Origin: Anaerolineales bacterium
GTDB lineage: Bacteria > Chloroflexota > Anaerolineae > Anaerolineales > E44-bin32
Direction of reading: 5' to 3'
Assembly (NCBI GenBank): GCA_034430695.1
Contig: DAOUEE010000158.1
Location: 1-64,000, forward strand
DNA length: 64,000 nt
Positions 52,087 to 60,474 of the stretch are shown here, one piece after another (the first letter of the stretch is position 1; each line of letters opens with the position of its first letter). A program made the position numbers and the translations under genes. Below the pieces are notes generated by a model. That model had not been told where the DNA came from and did not search any database. It saw only the letters and a list, made by a program, of their open reading frames with translations.

Positions 52087-53052
52087 TTGACGAATCAAGG
52101 TGCAGATACCAGGCATTTGCTCATCGTTGACGATGAGCATGAAATCTTGAAGGCCCTGACCAATTACCTGAGTAAACTATACGATGCGTATACGGTCGAT
52201 ACGGCAAATAGCGGCGCGGCTGCCCTTGAAAAGATCAAAAAAGGTTCATACGAGCTGATCATAACCGATTACATGATGCCGACCATGAACGGCCTGGAAT
52301 TGGCCAAGGCTGCTCGTGAAATCTCTCCGGATACGAAGGTAGTCCTTATTACAGCATACGGAAATAAGGAGTTGCGTTCGTCCGTCGAAGATTTGAATCT
52401 CGAGGGCTTCATCGATAAACCCTTCAGCATGGCACAGATTCGGGAGATCGTGGAAAAAGCAATTGGCTCGATGAACGGCGACGACCAACCCAACATGCAA
52501 GGTCTTAGCGAACCACTGCGGGACAAATTGAATAAATTGCAGGCCGATTCCGGAGCTTCATGCGTTTTACTGCTGAGCGCAAACGGCTACACGGTCGAAA
52601 CCGCAGGTGTTACGAGCGGTATGGACACTTCAAACATCAGTGCACTCGTGGCAGCGAATTTCGCAGCTTCGTCCGAATTGGCCAGAATCCTGAAGAGTAA
52701 TTCCGTTTTCAAATCCAGTTTCCATGAAGGGCCAGAATACAACATTTACGCTCACGATGTGGATGGCGACTTCCTCCTGGCGGTAATTTTCGGTTCGGAA
52801 ACCAAACCTGGTGCGGTATGGCACTACACCAAACAAACGGCCGTCGAATTGGCGCCATTGATCGCCGATCAGAAGGAAGCGGAAATCGATTCCGACAACC
52901 TGGCGGAAGCGATGAATGCCGAACTCGACAATTTGTTGGATGATGAGATCCTGGTGGACATCGGTACAGGAGAATTAATCACGTTCGAAGACGCCATGAA
53001 TGCCGGACTCGTTCCATCCGAGTTGAAAGAATCAAAGAAGGGCAAAATGTGA
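52087..53052 (+). CDS. Response-regulator receiver fused to Roadblock/LC7 (MglB-like) domain
   Basis: TTG start with GGGAGA RBS. REC 'LLIVDDEHEIL...LIITDYMMPTMNG...VVLITAYG'. The C-terminal 'CVLLLSANGYTVETAGV...FLLAVIFGSE' has a Roadblock pattern. Confidence 0.75.
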   Translation: MTNQGADTRHLLIVDDEHEILKALTNYLSKLYDAYTVDTANSGAAALEKIKKGSYELIITDYMMPTMNGLELAKAAREISPDTKVVLITAYGNKELRSSVEDLNLEGFIDKPFSMAQIREIVEKAIGSMNGDDQPNMQGLSEPLRDKLNKLQADSGASCVLLLSANGYTVETAGVTSGMDTSNISALVAANFAASSELARILKSNSVFKSSFHEGPEYNIYAHDVDGDFLLAVIFGSETKPGAVWHYTKQTAVELAPLIADQKEAEIDSDNLAEAMNAELDNLLDDEILVDIGTGELITFEDAMNAGLVPSELKESKKGKM

Positions 53053-53140
53053 CGTTTTCAAGGGATGAGGTTTGTGTGTAGCGTTTGAAGTGTTGGTGAG
53101 TTGACGTTATATTTCGGCTTATGATGGAGGAACTACCAAG

Positions 53141-53713
53141 ATGTATATTAACCAAAAGCTGGGCGAGTTGCACATCAAAATTGTATACTACGGCCCTGCT
53201 CGCAGTGGAAAAACGACAAACCTGCAATTCATCCACGGACACATCAACCCAAAAGCGCGTGGTGAATTGGTTTCTTTGAAAACGCGCGAAGATCGAACGA
53301 TTTTCTTTGATTTCATGCAATTAGAACTCGGGAAAATCAACGGCCTAAAACCTAAATTCAGCCTGTATACGGTGCCTGGGCAGGTGTATTACGAAGCAAG
53401 CCGAAAACTTGTCCTTCAGGGTTCCGATGGAGTCGTGTTCGTTGCCGACTCGCAGCGCGATCGTTTATCTGATAACATCAGCGATCTCAAGGCGCTGGAA
53501 CAGTACTTGATACAGCTGGGGACGCCGATGGATTCATTCCCGTGCGTCATTCAATTCAACAAGCAGGATCTACCCGACGTGATCGAGCCCGATGATCTAA
53601 AGACGCAGATGAATATCAACGGTGTTCCTTGTATGGGCTCGTCCGCGATCAAGGGCCATGGCGTATTCGATACTTTGAAAACCATCATAAATCTTGTGGT
53701 TAAACAACTATAA
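53141..53713 (+). CDS. mglA: MglA-like Ras-superfamily small GTPase
   Basis: P-loop GPARSGKTT, intrinsic Arg finger 'EDRTIFFDF', switch-II 'TVPGQVYY', G4 'NKQD'. It is collinear with M. xanthus MglA over its full length (190 aa). Confidence 0.85.
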   Translation: MYINQKLGELHIKIVYYGPARSGKTTNLQFIHGHINPKARGELVSLKTREDRTIFFDFMQLELGKINGLKPKFSLYTVPGQVYYEASRKLVLQGSDGVVFVADSQRDRLSDNISDLKALEQYLIQLGTPMDSFPCVIQFNKQDLPDVIEPDDLKTQMNINGVPCMGSSAIKGHGVFDTLKTIINLVVKQL

Positions 53714-53739
53714 ATCTTAGGAAACAAAGGCATTAACCT

Positions 53740-54450
53740 ATGGCAGTTCAGGGGAATCTTATTGACATCAGTCTATCCAGTCTGATTAGCATTAATTGCA
53801 ACGAGATGAATCAAGCACGCCTGCTTGTGAAACATCGGGATCAAGAAGGAACCTTGTTTTTCGATGAAGGGGACATCGTCCATATGACCCTGGGTTCACA
53901 AGAAGGAGAAGACGTGATCTTCGAACTTCTTACCTGGGAAGACGGAACGTTCGAATTAACGAGGGACATACGCGCACCAAAACGCAGCGTCGAGACCAAC
54001 TGGTCCCATTTGCTGTTGGAGGGACTGCGGCGCATCGACGAGCAAACCCTCATGAAAAGCGGTGACGATGACGATGCCAATCGCGAAAAACAGAAATCGG
54101 AACATGAAGCTGCCGAACGCATGGCCAAAGATTTCACGCGGATCAATGGCATCGAAGGTGCACTTGTTACTTCGAAATATGGTGATGTACTAGGTTTCGA
54201 GGCAATGAAAAATCCCAAAGCGACGGCGGCTCTCGCAGCTTTCGCAGGACGACGGGCAGAAGAATTGGGCATCCTGTTGAACGCCGGGGCGCTTCAGCAA
54301 ATCACCATGTCTGGCGATGGCTGGAGAATGATCGTCTTTCCGTCTGAAAAACACTTGACGGCATTATCCATGGATCCCAAAATTTCAGTGAGTGCTACAG
54401 CCAATGCATTACAAGCCACGAAGAGAAGGCATCGAAAGGAAAAAGTTTGA
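53740..54450 (+). CDS. DUF4388 + Roadblock/LC7 two-domain protein
   Basis: The N-terminal 'GNLIDISLSSLISI...GTLFFDEGDIVHMTLG...LTWEDGTFEL' is DUF4388-like. The C-terminal 'INGIEGALVTSKYGDVLGF...WRMIVFPSEKHLTALSMD' is Roadblock. Confidence 0.7.
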   Translation: MAVQGNLIDISLSSLISINCNEMNQARLLVKHRDQEGTLFFDEGDIVHMTLGSQEGEDVIFELLTWEDGTFELTRDIRAPKRSVETNWSHLLLEGLRRIDEQTLMKSGDDDDANREKQKSEHEAAERMAKDFTRINGIEGALVTSKYGDVLGFEAMKNPKATAALAAFAGRRAEELGILLNAGALQQITMSGDGWRMIVFPSEKHLTALSMDPKISVSATANALQATKRRHRKEKV

Positions 54451-54542
54451 TGCATTGAGGACAGACCCGGAAATTTCTATTCGAGCGATCGTCGAAAACG
54501 GAATGCGTTTCGACAAAGATTGGCTCTCATAGGAGAATTGAG

Positions 54543-55553
54543 ATGTTATTACCAAAGGGAAAACCGATCTACGAAAATCTGAACACATCATTTACGAGTT
54601 TCGGCAAGTTGCTGCTGGATCTCAAGTCCAATGGCTTCACCGGATACGTCTACATCAGTTTCTGGGACTACGAAGCCGCTTTGTTCATGGACAACGGCAA
54701 CATCATCAACGCCATCGAAGAAACCGGCGGAAACAGGAAAACCAGCCACGATGCCGTCGGTAGCATCACTGCAAAAGTCAATCAGAAGGATGGTTCCATC
54801 AGCGTGTACAGCCTCTCACCAAAGAAGGTAACCATGCTCGCCAGTACAGTGAGAAGCGAAGTGCGCTACAAGGACCTCAACACTGATTTCACCAGCCTCG
54901 AAAAACTTATTGCAAAACTGAAGAGCGAGGGGCACACCGGTTACATCGAGGTCAGGATGACGGGTGGTGATGGTATAGCCATTGTCTTCCTCGAGAACGG
55001 TGAAGTCGTCGAGAGCATCCTCTCGATGCAGGATGAGGCGATATCCGGTGATGCGATCTTGCCTCACATTATCGAAAACGCTTCGACATTGGGCGCAGAT
55101 TTCAACGTGTACAACGCCGCCATTGAAGCCTCATTCGCCGAAAGTGAGGAAATCGAAGCCGGCTTCGACCTGCCGCGATTGCTGGCCGTGTGGGGCGAAA
55201 CGATAGGTGCGATCGAAAGAATGGCGGACAGCACAATCGGTAGAGGACAATTCCTCGAAGCCTTCAAATATGTCATGATCGAGAAGGCCAATGAATACCC
55301 GTTTCTGGATCCTTTTGCCGGCTTGTTTCAATACAAGGACGGCAGAATCCAATACAGCGGAGATGCGAAGAACCTGAGCAAAGGTCTCAGTGATTGTCTG
55401 AGTACGACAATCGAGCAGCTGGCCTCCCAACCGGCAGCCGCCGATCTGGAACACAGAATCCAGACCGAAATGAAGGCGGTCAAGGACAAATACGACGACA
55501 CGATCAAGCGCTTGGGCTTGGGGCCATTCATCCTTGGTTTCACGGCCGATTAA
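54543..55553 (+). CDS. Protein with two tandem DUF4388-like repeats and helical C-terminal region
   Basis: Internal repeat 'LNTSFTSFGKLLLDLKSNGFTGYVYISF...NGNIINAIE' versus 'LNTDFTSLEKLIAKLKSEGHTGYIEVRM...NGEVVESIL'. Confidence 0.55.
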   Translation: MLLPKGKPIYENLNTSFTSFGKLLLDLKSNGFTGYVYISFWDYEAALFMDNGNIINAIEETGGNRKTSHDAVGSITAKVNQKDGSISVYSLSPKKVTMLASTVRSEVRYKDLNTDFTSLEKLIAKLKSEGHTGYIEVRMTGGDGIAIVFLENGEVVESILSMQDEAISGDAILPHIIENASTLGADFNVYNAAIEASFAESEEIEAGFDLPRLLAVWGETIGAIERMADSTIGRGQFLEAFKYVMIEKANEYPFLDPFAGLFQYKDGRIQYSGDAKNLSKGLSDCLSTTIEQLASQPAAADLEHRIQTEMKAVKDKYDDTIKRLGLGPFILGFTAD

Positions 55554-55562
55554 GAGCAAATC

Positions 55563-56000
55563 ATGGACCAAGTACTCGCAGAAATCAACGCGTTGGACGG
55601 TGTACTCGGATCGTTCATCTGCGATAATCGCGGCAACGTGATCGTGAATGCTGTTCCCGCAAATCTGAACATCGCTGTGCTGCGGGGAATCAGCCGTCAA
55701 GTGACGCAAGCAATCGCTGCCAGGATACAAAACGGCATCCAAGAAATTGACCTAACCTATGAAGGAATCCGGGTGCTGATTCGCGCCCTCAACCAGGCCG
55801 CACTCGTGGTAATCTGCGAATCGAATGTGGACATCGCCCTTCTTCGACTGACATTGAATGTCAGCTTATCCAAGCCGGAATTCGGATCACAGCTTACCAA
55901 CATAGCACCCAAGGAACAGGTTATCCGGATCGTGCAGGAAGTCGATGTCGATGAAATATCCTGGCGCCTATATCGATCCATTAATGAGGGAGTCATGTGA
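55563..56000 (+). CDS. Roadblock/LC7 (MglB-like) domain protein
   Basis: 'INALDGVLGSFICDNRGNVIV...ALVVICESNVDIALLRL' is the classic Roadblock pattern. 145 aa. Confidence 0.7.
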   Translation: MDQVLAEINALDGVLGSFICDNRGNVIVNAVPANLNIAVLRGISRQVTQAIAARIQNGIQEIDLTYEGIRVLIRALNQAALVVICESNVDIALLRLTLNVSLSKPEFGSQLTNIAPKEQVIRIVQEVDVDEISWRLYRSINEGVM

Positions 56001-56788
56001 TGGCAGAAGCTTTACGGGGTGATCTACACCAATTATCACTCCCGAACATTATTCAGTTGTTAAAATCGGGGGGCCAGACGGGAAAAATTGATTTGACGGA
56101 CGGAAACAACACCGGCGAGATTTTCCTCGAGAACGGCAACATCGTCCACGCGATTGCCGGCGTTCTAATTGGGGAAGAAGCCTTCTATTCCCTTTTATCA
56201 TGGTTGCACGGAGATTTCAATTTCGTCAGTGGTATTGAAGCCCCAGAGGAAACGATTTCAACCTCCACAGAGCTGCTCCTCGCCGAGGGAGAAAAACGCA
56301 TCCAGGGATGGTCAGAAATCAAAAACGTAATACCTTCGATGCAGGCGATTTTCAATCTTGCCGAAGGAACAACGGGAGCGATCAACCTCGATCCGAACGA
56401 ATGGAAAGTCCTTGCGCAGGTAAATGGCGTTCGCACGATCAACGATATCGCCGCATCTCTCGGATGGGATGAATTCGAAGCCGCAAGCGTCCTGGCCGCT
56501 CTCGTAAAGACGGGGCTGCTTGAAATAGTTGAAGAATCCAAGTCACCTCCCGTCACGGCCATCGACAACGAGTTTTTCGATCGGCTCAATGATGAATTTA
56601 TTGAGGTAATCGGTCCTGTTGGGCCGGTGATCATCGACGAAAAGATCGCTTCGTTGAATGAAACCAGAGAGTCTTTCCCGCGCAACAAAGTCGCTGACCT
56701 GGTGGAACAAGTAAGTACGGAAATTGAAGACACGGATCAACGCATGCATTTCCAACAGATCATGTTGGATCTGTTGCGAGGAATCTAG
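55997..56788 (+). CDS. DUF4388 domain protein
   Basis: 'LRGDLHQLSLPNIIQLLKSGGQTGKIDLTDGNNTGEIFLENGNIVHAIAG...EEAFYSLLSWLHGDFNF' is a near-consensus DUF4388. ATGTGATG overlap with the upstream gene. Confidence 0.75.
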   Translation: MMAEALRGDLHQLSLPNIIQLLKSGGQTGKIDLTDGNNTGEIFLENGNIVHAIAGVLIGEEAFYSLLSWLHGDFNFVSGIEAPEETISTSTELLLAEGEKRIQGWSEIKNVIPSMQAIFNLAEGTTGAINLDPNEWKVLAQVNGVRTINDIAASLGWDEFEAASVLAALVKTGLLEIVEESKSPPVTAIDNEFFDRLNDEFIEVIGPVGPVIIDEKIASLNETRESFPRNKVADLVEQVSTEIEDTDQRMHFQQIMLDLLRGI

Positions 56789-56872
56789 CCCGGCGATGAA
56801 GGAGTACTTACCACTGTAGCCATCTGCGGTTTGCCGGATTTTGCGATGACGAGTAAGGAGATCTAAACAAAG

Positions 56873-57655
56873 ATGAGATTGACCATCGGTAGAAAATTAG
56901 GACTTGGCTTCGGAATTCCATTGGTCCTGTTGGCTTTGATCGGGATTGCTGTTTTCATCGGATTCAACACGCTTACCAACGCAGCGCGAGATTCAATCGC
57001 AGCTCAGCAAACGATTGAATTCATGGAAAGAGGCATGAAGCTCCTGCTGACGGAACGTATCTTGTTGAGCCATCAATTCGCAACCGGTGAGGAAACAACG
57101 GCGGCTGAATCTCGAAACGACTACATGCAGGAATGGGCGCTCGTCGTAGAAAATACAAGCACTCGATATTCGGATCTAGTGATGGAAATCCAACGAGCGG
57201 TCACGATATATCACCAATATCTAGATAGGGCACAATCAACCTACGAGACCAATCCAAATGACGCCCCCGACGCGTTACGCGAACTGGATGAAGCCGATAT
57301 ATTCTTCATTCAAATTGTACGACCTACCATGGACGATTTACTTTCCACTGCCGTTACAGAAAAATCACAACTCGTCGATGTCCTTGAAAATCAAATTATC
57401 GGCATTACGAGAATCGCGCTCCTCGTCGTCGTCATTGGAATCATTATTTCTGTATTCAGCGCGCTCACAATCCGGCGTGGCCTTACGAACGCGGCCTTGT
57501 ATCTGAGCTCTGCAGCCGAGAGCATCAGCCGCGGCGATTTGGACACTCCCATTATCGCTGAGACTGGTGACGAGATGGAAGATCTTGCCCGCTCGATTGA
57601 GCGCATGAGGGTCAGTCTGAAAGCTGCGATCGAACGATTGCGGAGAAGAACATAA
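56873..57655 (+). CDS. Membrane sensor: TM - four-helix-bundle extracytoplasmic domain - TM - HAMP, no output domain
   Basis: TM1 'LGFGIPLVLLALIGIAVFIGF', TM2 'ITRIALLVVVIGIIISVFSALTI'. The HAMP-like 'RRGLTNAALYLSSAAESISRGDLDTPIIAETGDEMEDLARSIERMRVSL' is followed by the stop. Confidence 0.65.
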   Translation: MRLTIGRKLGLGFGIPLVLLALIGIAVFIGFNTLTNAARDSIAAQQTIEFMERGMKLLLTERILLSHQFATGEETTAAESRNDYMQEWALVVENTSTRYSDLVMEIQRAVTIYHQYLDRAQSTYETNPNDAPDALRELDEADIFFIQIVRPTMDDLLSTAVTEKSQLVDVLENQIIGITRIALLVVVIGIIISVFSALTIRRGLTNAALYLSSAAESISRGDLDTPIIAETGDEMEDLARSIERMRVSLKAAIERLRRRT

Positions 57656-57835
57656 CCATGTGTTACAAGCAAGTTTGTCGGGAAATCAACACCACCCTTC
57701 ACATACCTGACGATGGGACGAGCTTTGAACTCACCCAAAATCCGTCGTTCCAGCGTAAATTCGGCGGGACTTCCAACAACGTCTGCATGATTTCGGACTT
57801 GAAAGTCAACGCCAACCAATTTCGGGAGGTACCCA

Positions 57836-58327
57836 ATGCCAGATAAAGTGGTAATACCCCCAGCTCTGATGACGAAGATCATCAAGATCATGTCGCAATT
57901 GCTGGAGAAAACTCAAGCATGCTGTGTCTTGCTTGCGGACATCAGCGGTCAGCTGATCTGCCAACAAGGGTTTACCAAGACCTTTGATCCGGTCATCTTG
58001 TCTGCTTTAACCGCCAGCAACATGGCTGCAACGGCGGAGATCGCCCGCCAGATCGGTGAGGAAAATCCATTCAAACTCATGTTCCACGAAGGGGACGATC
58101 AGAATATCTACCTTTCGAACGTTGCCGGCAGTTTCCTGCTCGTTGTCCTGTTCAGCACGAAAGTCCAGATCGGTCTTGTACGCCTATTCACCGGGCAGGC
58201 CGTGAAGAACCTCATTCCACTTGCCGCGGAGTTCGAACGCGTACAAAAGGAACAGGGACGCATTGTCGATGATGAATTTGGTCAAGCATTGACCACAGAG
58301 ATTGAGAGTCTGTTTGGCGATAATTAA
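57836..58327 (+). CDS. Roadblock/LC7 domain protein
   Basis: 'ACCVLLADISGQLICQQG...FLLVVLFSTKVQIGLV' has a Roadblock pattern. Confidence 0.65.
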   Translation: MPDKVVIPPALMTKIIKIMSQLLEKTQACCVLLADISGQLICQQGFTKTFDPVILSALTASNMAATAEIARQIGEENPFKLMFHEGDDQNIYLSNVAGSFLLVVLFSTKVQIGLVRLFTGQAVKNLIPLAAEFERVQKEQGRIVDDEFGQALTTEIESLFGDN

Positions 58328-58360
58328 CATTCGATACTTTGTGGCTGAAGGAAGGTTACG

Positions 58361-58753
58361 ATGAATTATCAACAAGTTGATTTGGCCACGTACCAACCGG
58401 TAACACTCGATGAACTTCTGCTCACCTTGCACGAGCAAGGTCAATTCGAGACTGCCGTCCTCGCGAGCGGTGAGGGATTGCCTATCGCGACCGTACCTGC
58501 GAACTTCGATACGGATAAAGCGGCAGCCATGATTGCGATGCTTAAAAGAGTGAGCAAGGAGGCACGTGATCAGTTTCCACTTGCAGAAATTGATGAATTT
58601 TCCATTCTTGATTCCAATCGGATGCGTTTGGTTTGCCGATATTTGAAAGCCGGCGGCGAGGAAATGATTCTTGCGGTCATTGCGCCGCCAGACCACAGCT
58701 ACCGCCGTATGACGAACCAGGCCATTAAACAAATCGTTGAATTCCTTTCTTGA
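58361..58753 (+). CDS. Roadblock/LC7 domain protein
   Basis: 'TAVLASGEGLPIATVPAN...MILAVIAPPD' has a Roadblock pattern. 130 aa. Confidence 0.65.
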   Translation: MNYQQVDLATYQPVTLDELLLTLHEQGQFETAVLASGEGLPIATVPANFDTDKAAAMIAMLKRVSKEARDQFPLAEIDEFSILDSNRMRLVCRYLKAGGEEMILAVIAPPDHSYRRMTNQAIKQIVEFLS

Positions 58754-58780
58754 TTTCGAAGGTTGATCGATCCGTGATTT

Positions 58781-60010
58781 GTGAAATGTATTCAGGTGAT
58801 GAACGGAACAGGCGGAAGTATCTCAGAAGTTGGTATCAAATCTCTCTCGACGATCGACCGATCGTGTGAAAGGAAAGAGTTCGAAGAATTCTTCCATGGT
58901 CAATTCGATCAATATTTCGCGCGTAGCGAGACGCGACAACAAGCCCTGCATTACGTCCAATCACTGCTCTTAGATTCAGATCCCAAATCCAACGGTAAGA
59001 AACCCCCTGCCTATAGGAAATTCTCGAAGTCCGCCCAGAGGTTGTTTTTCGGCGCGCAATGGGACGACGAAGCCGTACACCACCGTCTCCAGGATTTCAT
59101 CGTTGCAGAATTGGGCCATGAAAAAGGCGTATGCCTCATTGGTGTGACGTATTTCTCTAAAAAGGGAGAAAAAACGGTCGGAGTACAGTCGCAATTCAAT
59201 CGCAAACTCAAGAAGGACCAGAATTGTCAGGTTTGCCTGTTCCTGGGGTATGCCTCCCCGAAGGGTTGTACATTTCTCGACCGTCGTCTCTACCTTCCCG
59301 TGCAATGGACGGAAGACCAAAAGCGCAGAGCCGAAGCGAAAATCCCCGAGGACATCGAATATCGAAGCAAGTCCGATCTTGCCTTGGACATGCTTCAATC
59401 GGTCCATGCCATCGGAGCACCCATTCATTGGGTGGTTGGCGGCGAACCATTCTGCAGCGATACGAATTTACGCAACGTCATACAAGCGGCTGGCATGAAT
59501 TACATTCTCTCCGGCCGGGATACGGATTCGAGTTTCCGAAACTTGAATCACAAGCAAACAACGTCTGATCCGAACAACCAGGAAGATGAAGCCTGTGATT
59601 CTTCTATCTTCAAGATCGTAACCAATTGGAACGAGAAGAAATGGAAGCGCGTAATCGATCGTTCGAACGGAGATGAAATCTGTGTCTTCGATTGGGCTTC
59701 GGAGCGTGTTCTCGAGTTCCAGAACGAAACCGATTCCCAGGAAGTCTGGCTGTTGGCTCGCCGGCCGGTGAGTCAGCGATGCGAAACCGCGTATTTCATC
59801 TCCAACGCTTCACAGGACGCAACTCTTTCCAACCTCGCCGAGAAAATCAGCGGCTTGGGGATACTCGATCAGATGGTATCAGAAGCATGCACGAATTTTA
59901 TGATGGACGTGTACGGAGTGCGCCACTGGAACAGCTGGCATCGTCATATCACTCTATCGATGATCGCCCATGCCTGGTGGGTATACAAAGGGAAAAGGAC
60001 GTTACGATGA
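58781..60010 (+). mobile_element. IS701-family DDE transposase homolog with apparently substituted catalytic residues (possible domesticated/decayed transposase)
   Basis: Family blocks recalled from memory: 'F..F...F.R.E.R..A..Y..SLL', 'KKGEKTVGVQSQF...NCQVCLFLGYAS', 'LDRRLYLPVQWTED', 'WVVGGEPF', 'VRHWNSWHRHITLSMIAHA'. At the positions expected for D-D the sequence reads IGVTYF (not DETGF) and GGE (not GDE). It lies 27 nt after the upstream gene and has an ATGA overlap with the downstream gene. Confidence 0.65.
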
Positions 60011-60447
60011 ACCATCCTCCATTTTCGATAGAAGGATGTGATCAGACGCTGCAGGAAGAGCAGACCAATACGTGCGGACAAGGGAAAACCATCCTGTTTG
60101 TAGAAGACAATGACTTGATGCGAGAAATCGGCGCGCAGATATTGGAGGATTTGGGGTATCGAGTCATCTGCGCCGCGAACGGTCAAGAAGCGTTTGACAT
60201 CTTCAATGAGACAGAGCATATCGATTTGATATTCACCGACGTAGTGATGCCTGAGATCAGCGGTGCAGCTTTGCTCCAGAAAATTCGGGCAGCCGGTTCG
60301 CTCGTTAAAGCCGTTGCCGTGACGGGCCACGTCCTGGCGGAGGACCTGGATCGATTACGGGAAGTGGGTGTCACATCGATTATTCGAAAACCCTACGACG
60401 TCGACATCCTGGCTGATGCAGTCCGTGAAGCGTTGGAAAATGGGTAA
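60007..60447 (+). CDS. Stand-alone CheY-like response-regulator receiver
   Basis: 'TILFVEDNDLMREIG...DLIFTDVVMPEISG...AVAVTGHV' with Asp and Lys at the expected receiver positions. Confidence 0.8.
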   Translation: MNHPPFSIEGCDQTLQEEQTNTCGQGKTILFVEDNDLMREIGAQILEDLGYRVICAANGQEAFDIFNETEHIDLIFTDVVMPEISGAALLQKIRAAGSLVKAVAVTGHVLAEDLDRLREVGVTSIIRKPYDVDILADAVREALENG

Positions 60448-60474
60448 TTGCGGTTGAATGGATCGGGAGAAATC

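Noticed and set aside
55131-55742. 203-aa minus-strand ORF
   Set aside because: Antisense to two well-supported plus-strand genes of the MglA cluster. Shadow ORF.
58184-58732. 182-aa minus-strand ORF
   Set aside because: Antisense to two Roadblock genes. No domain support.
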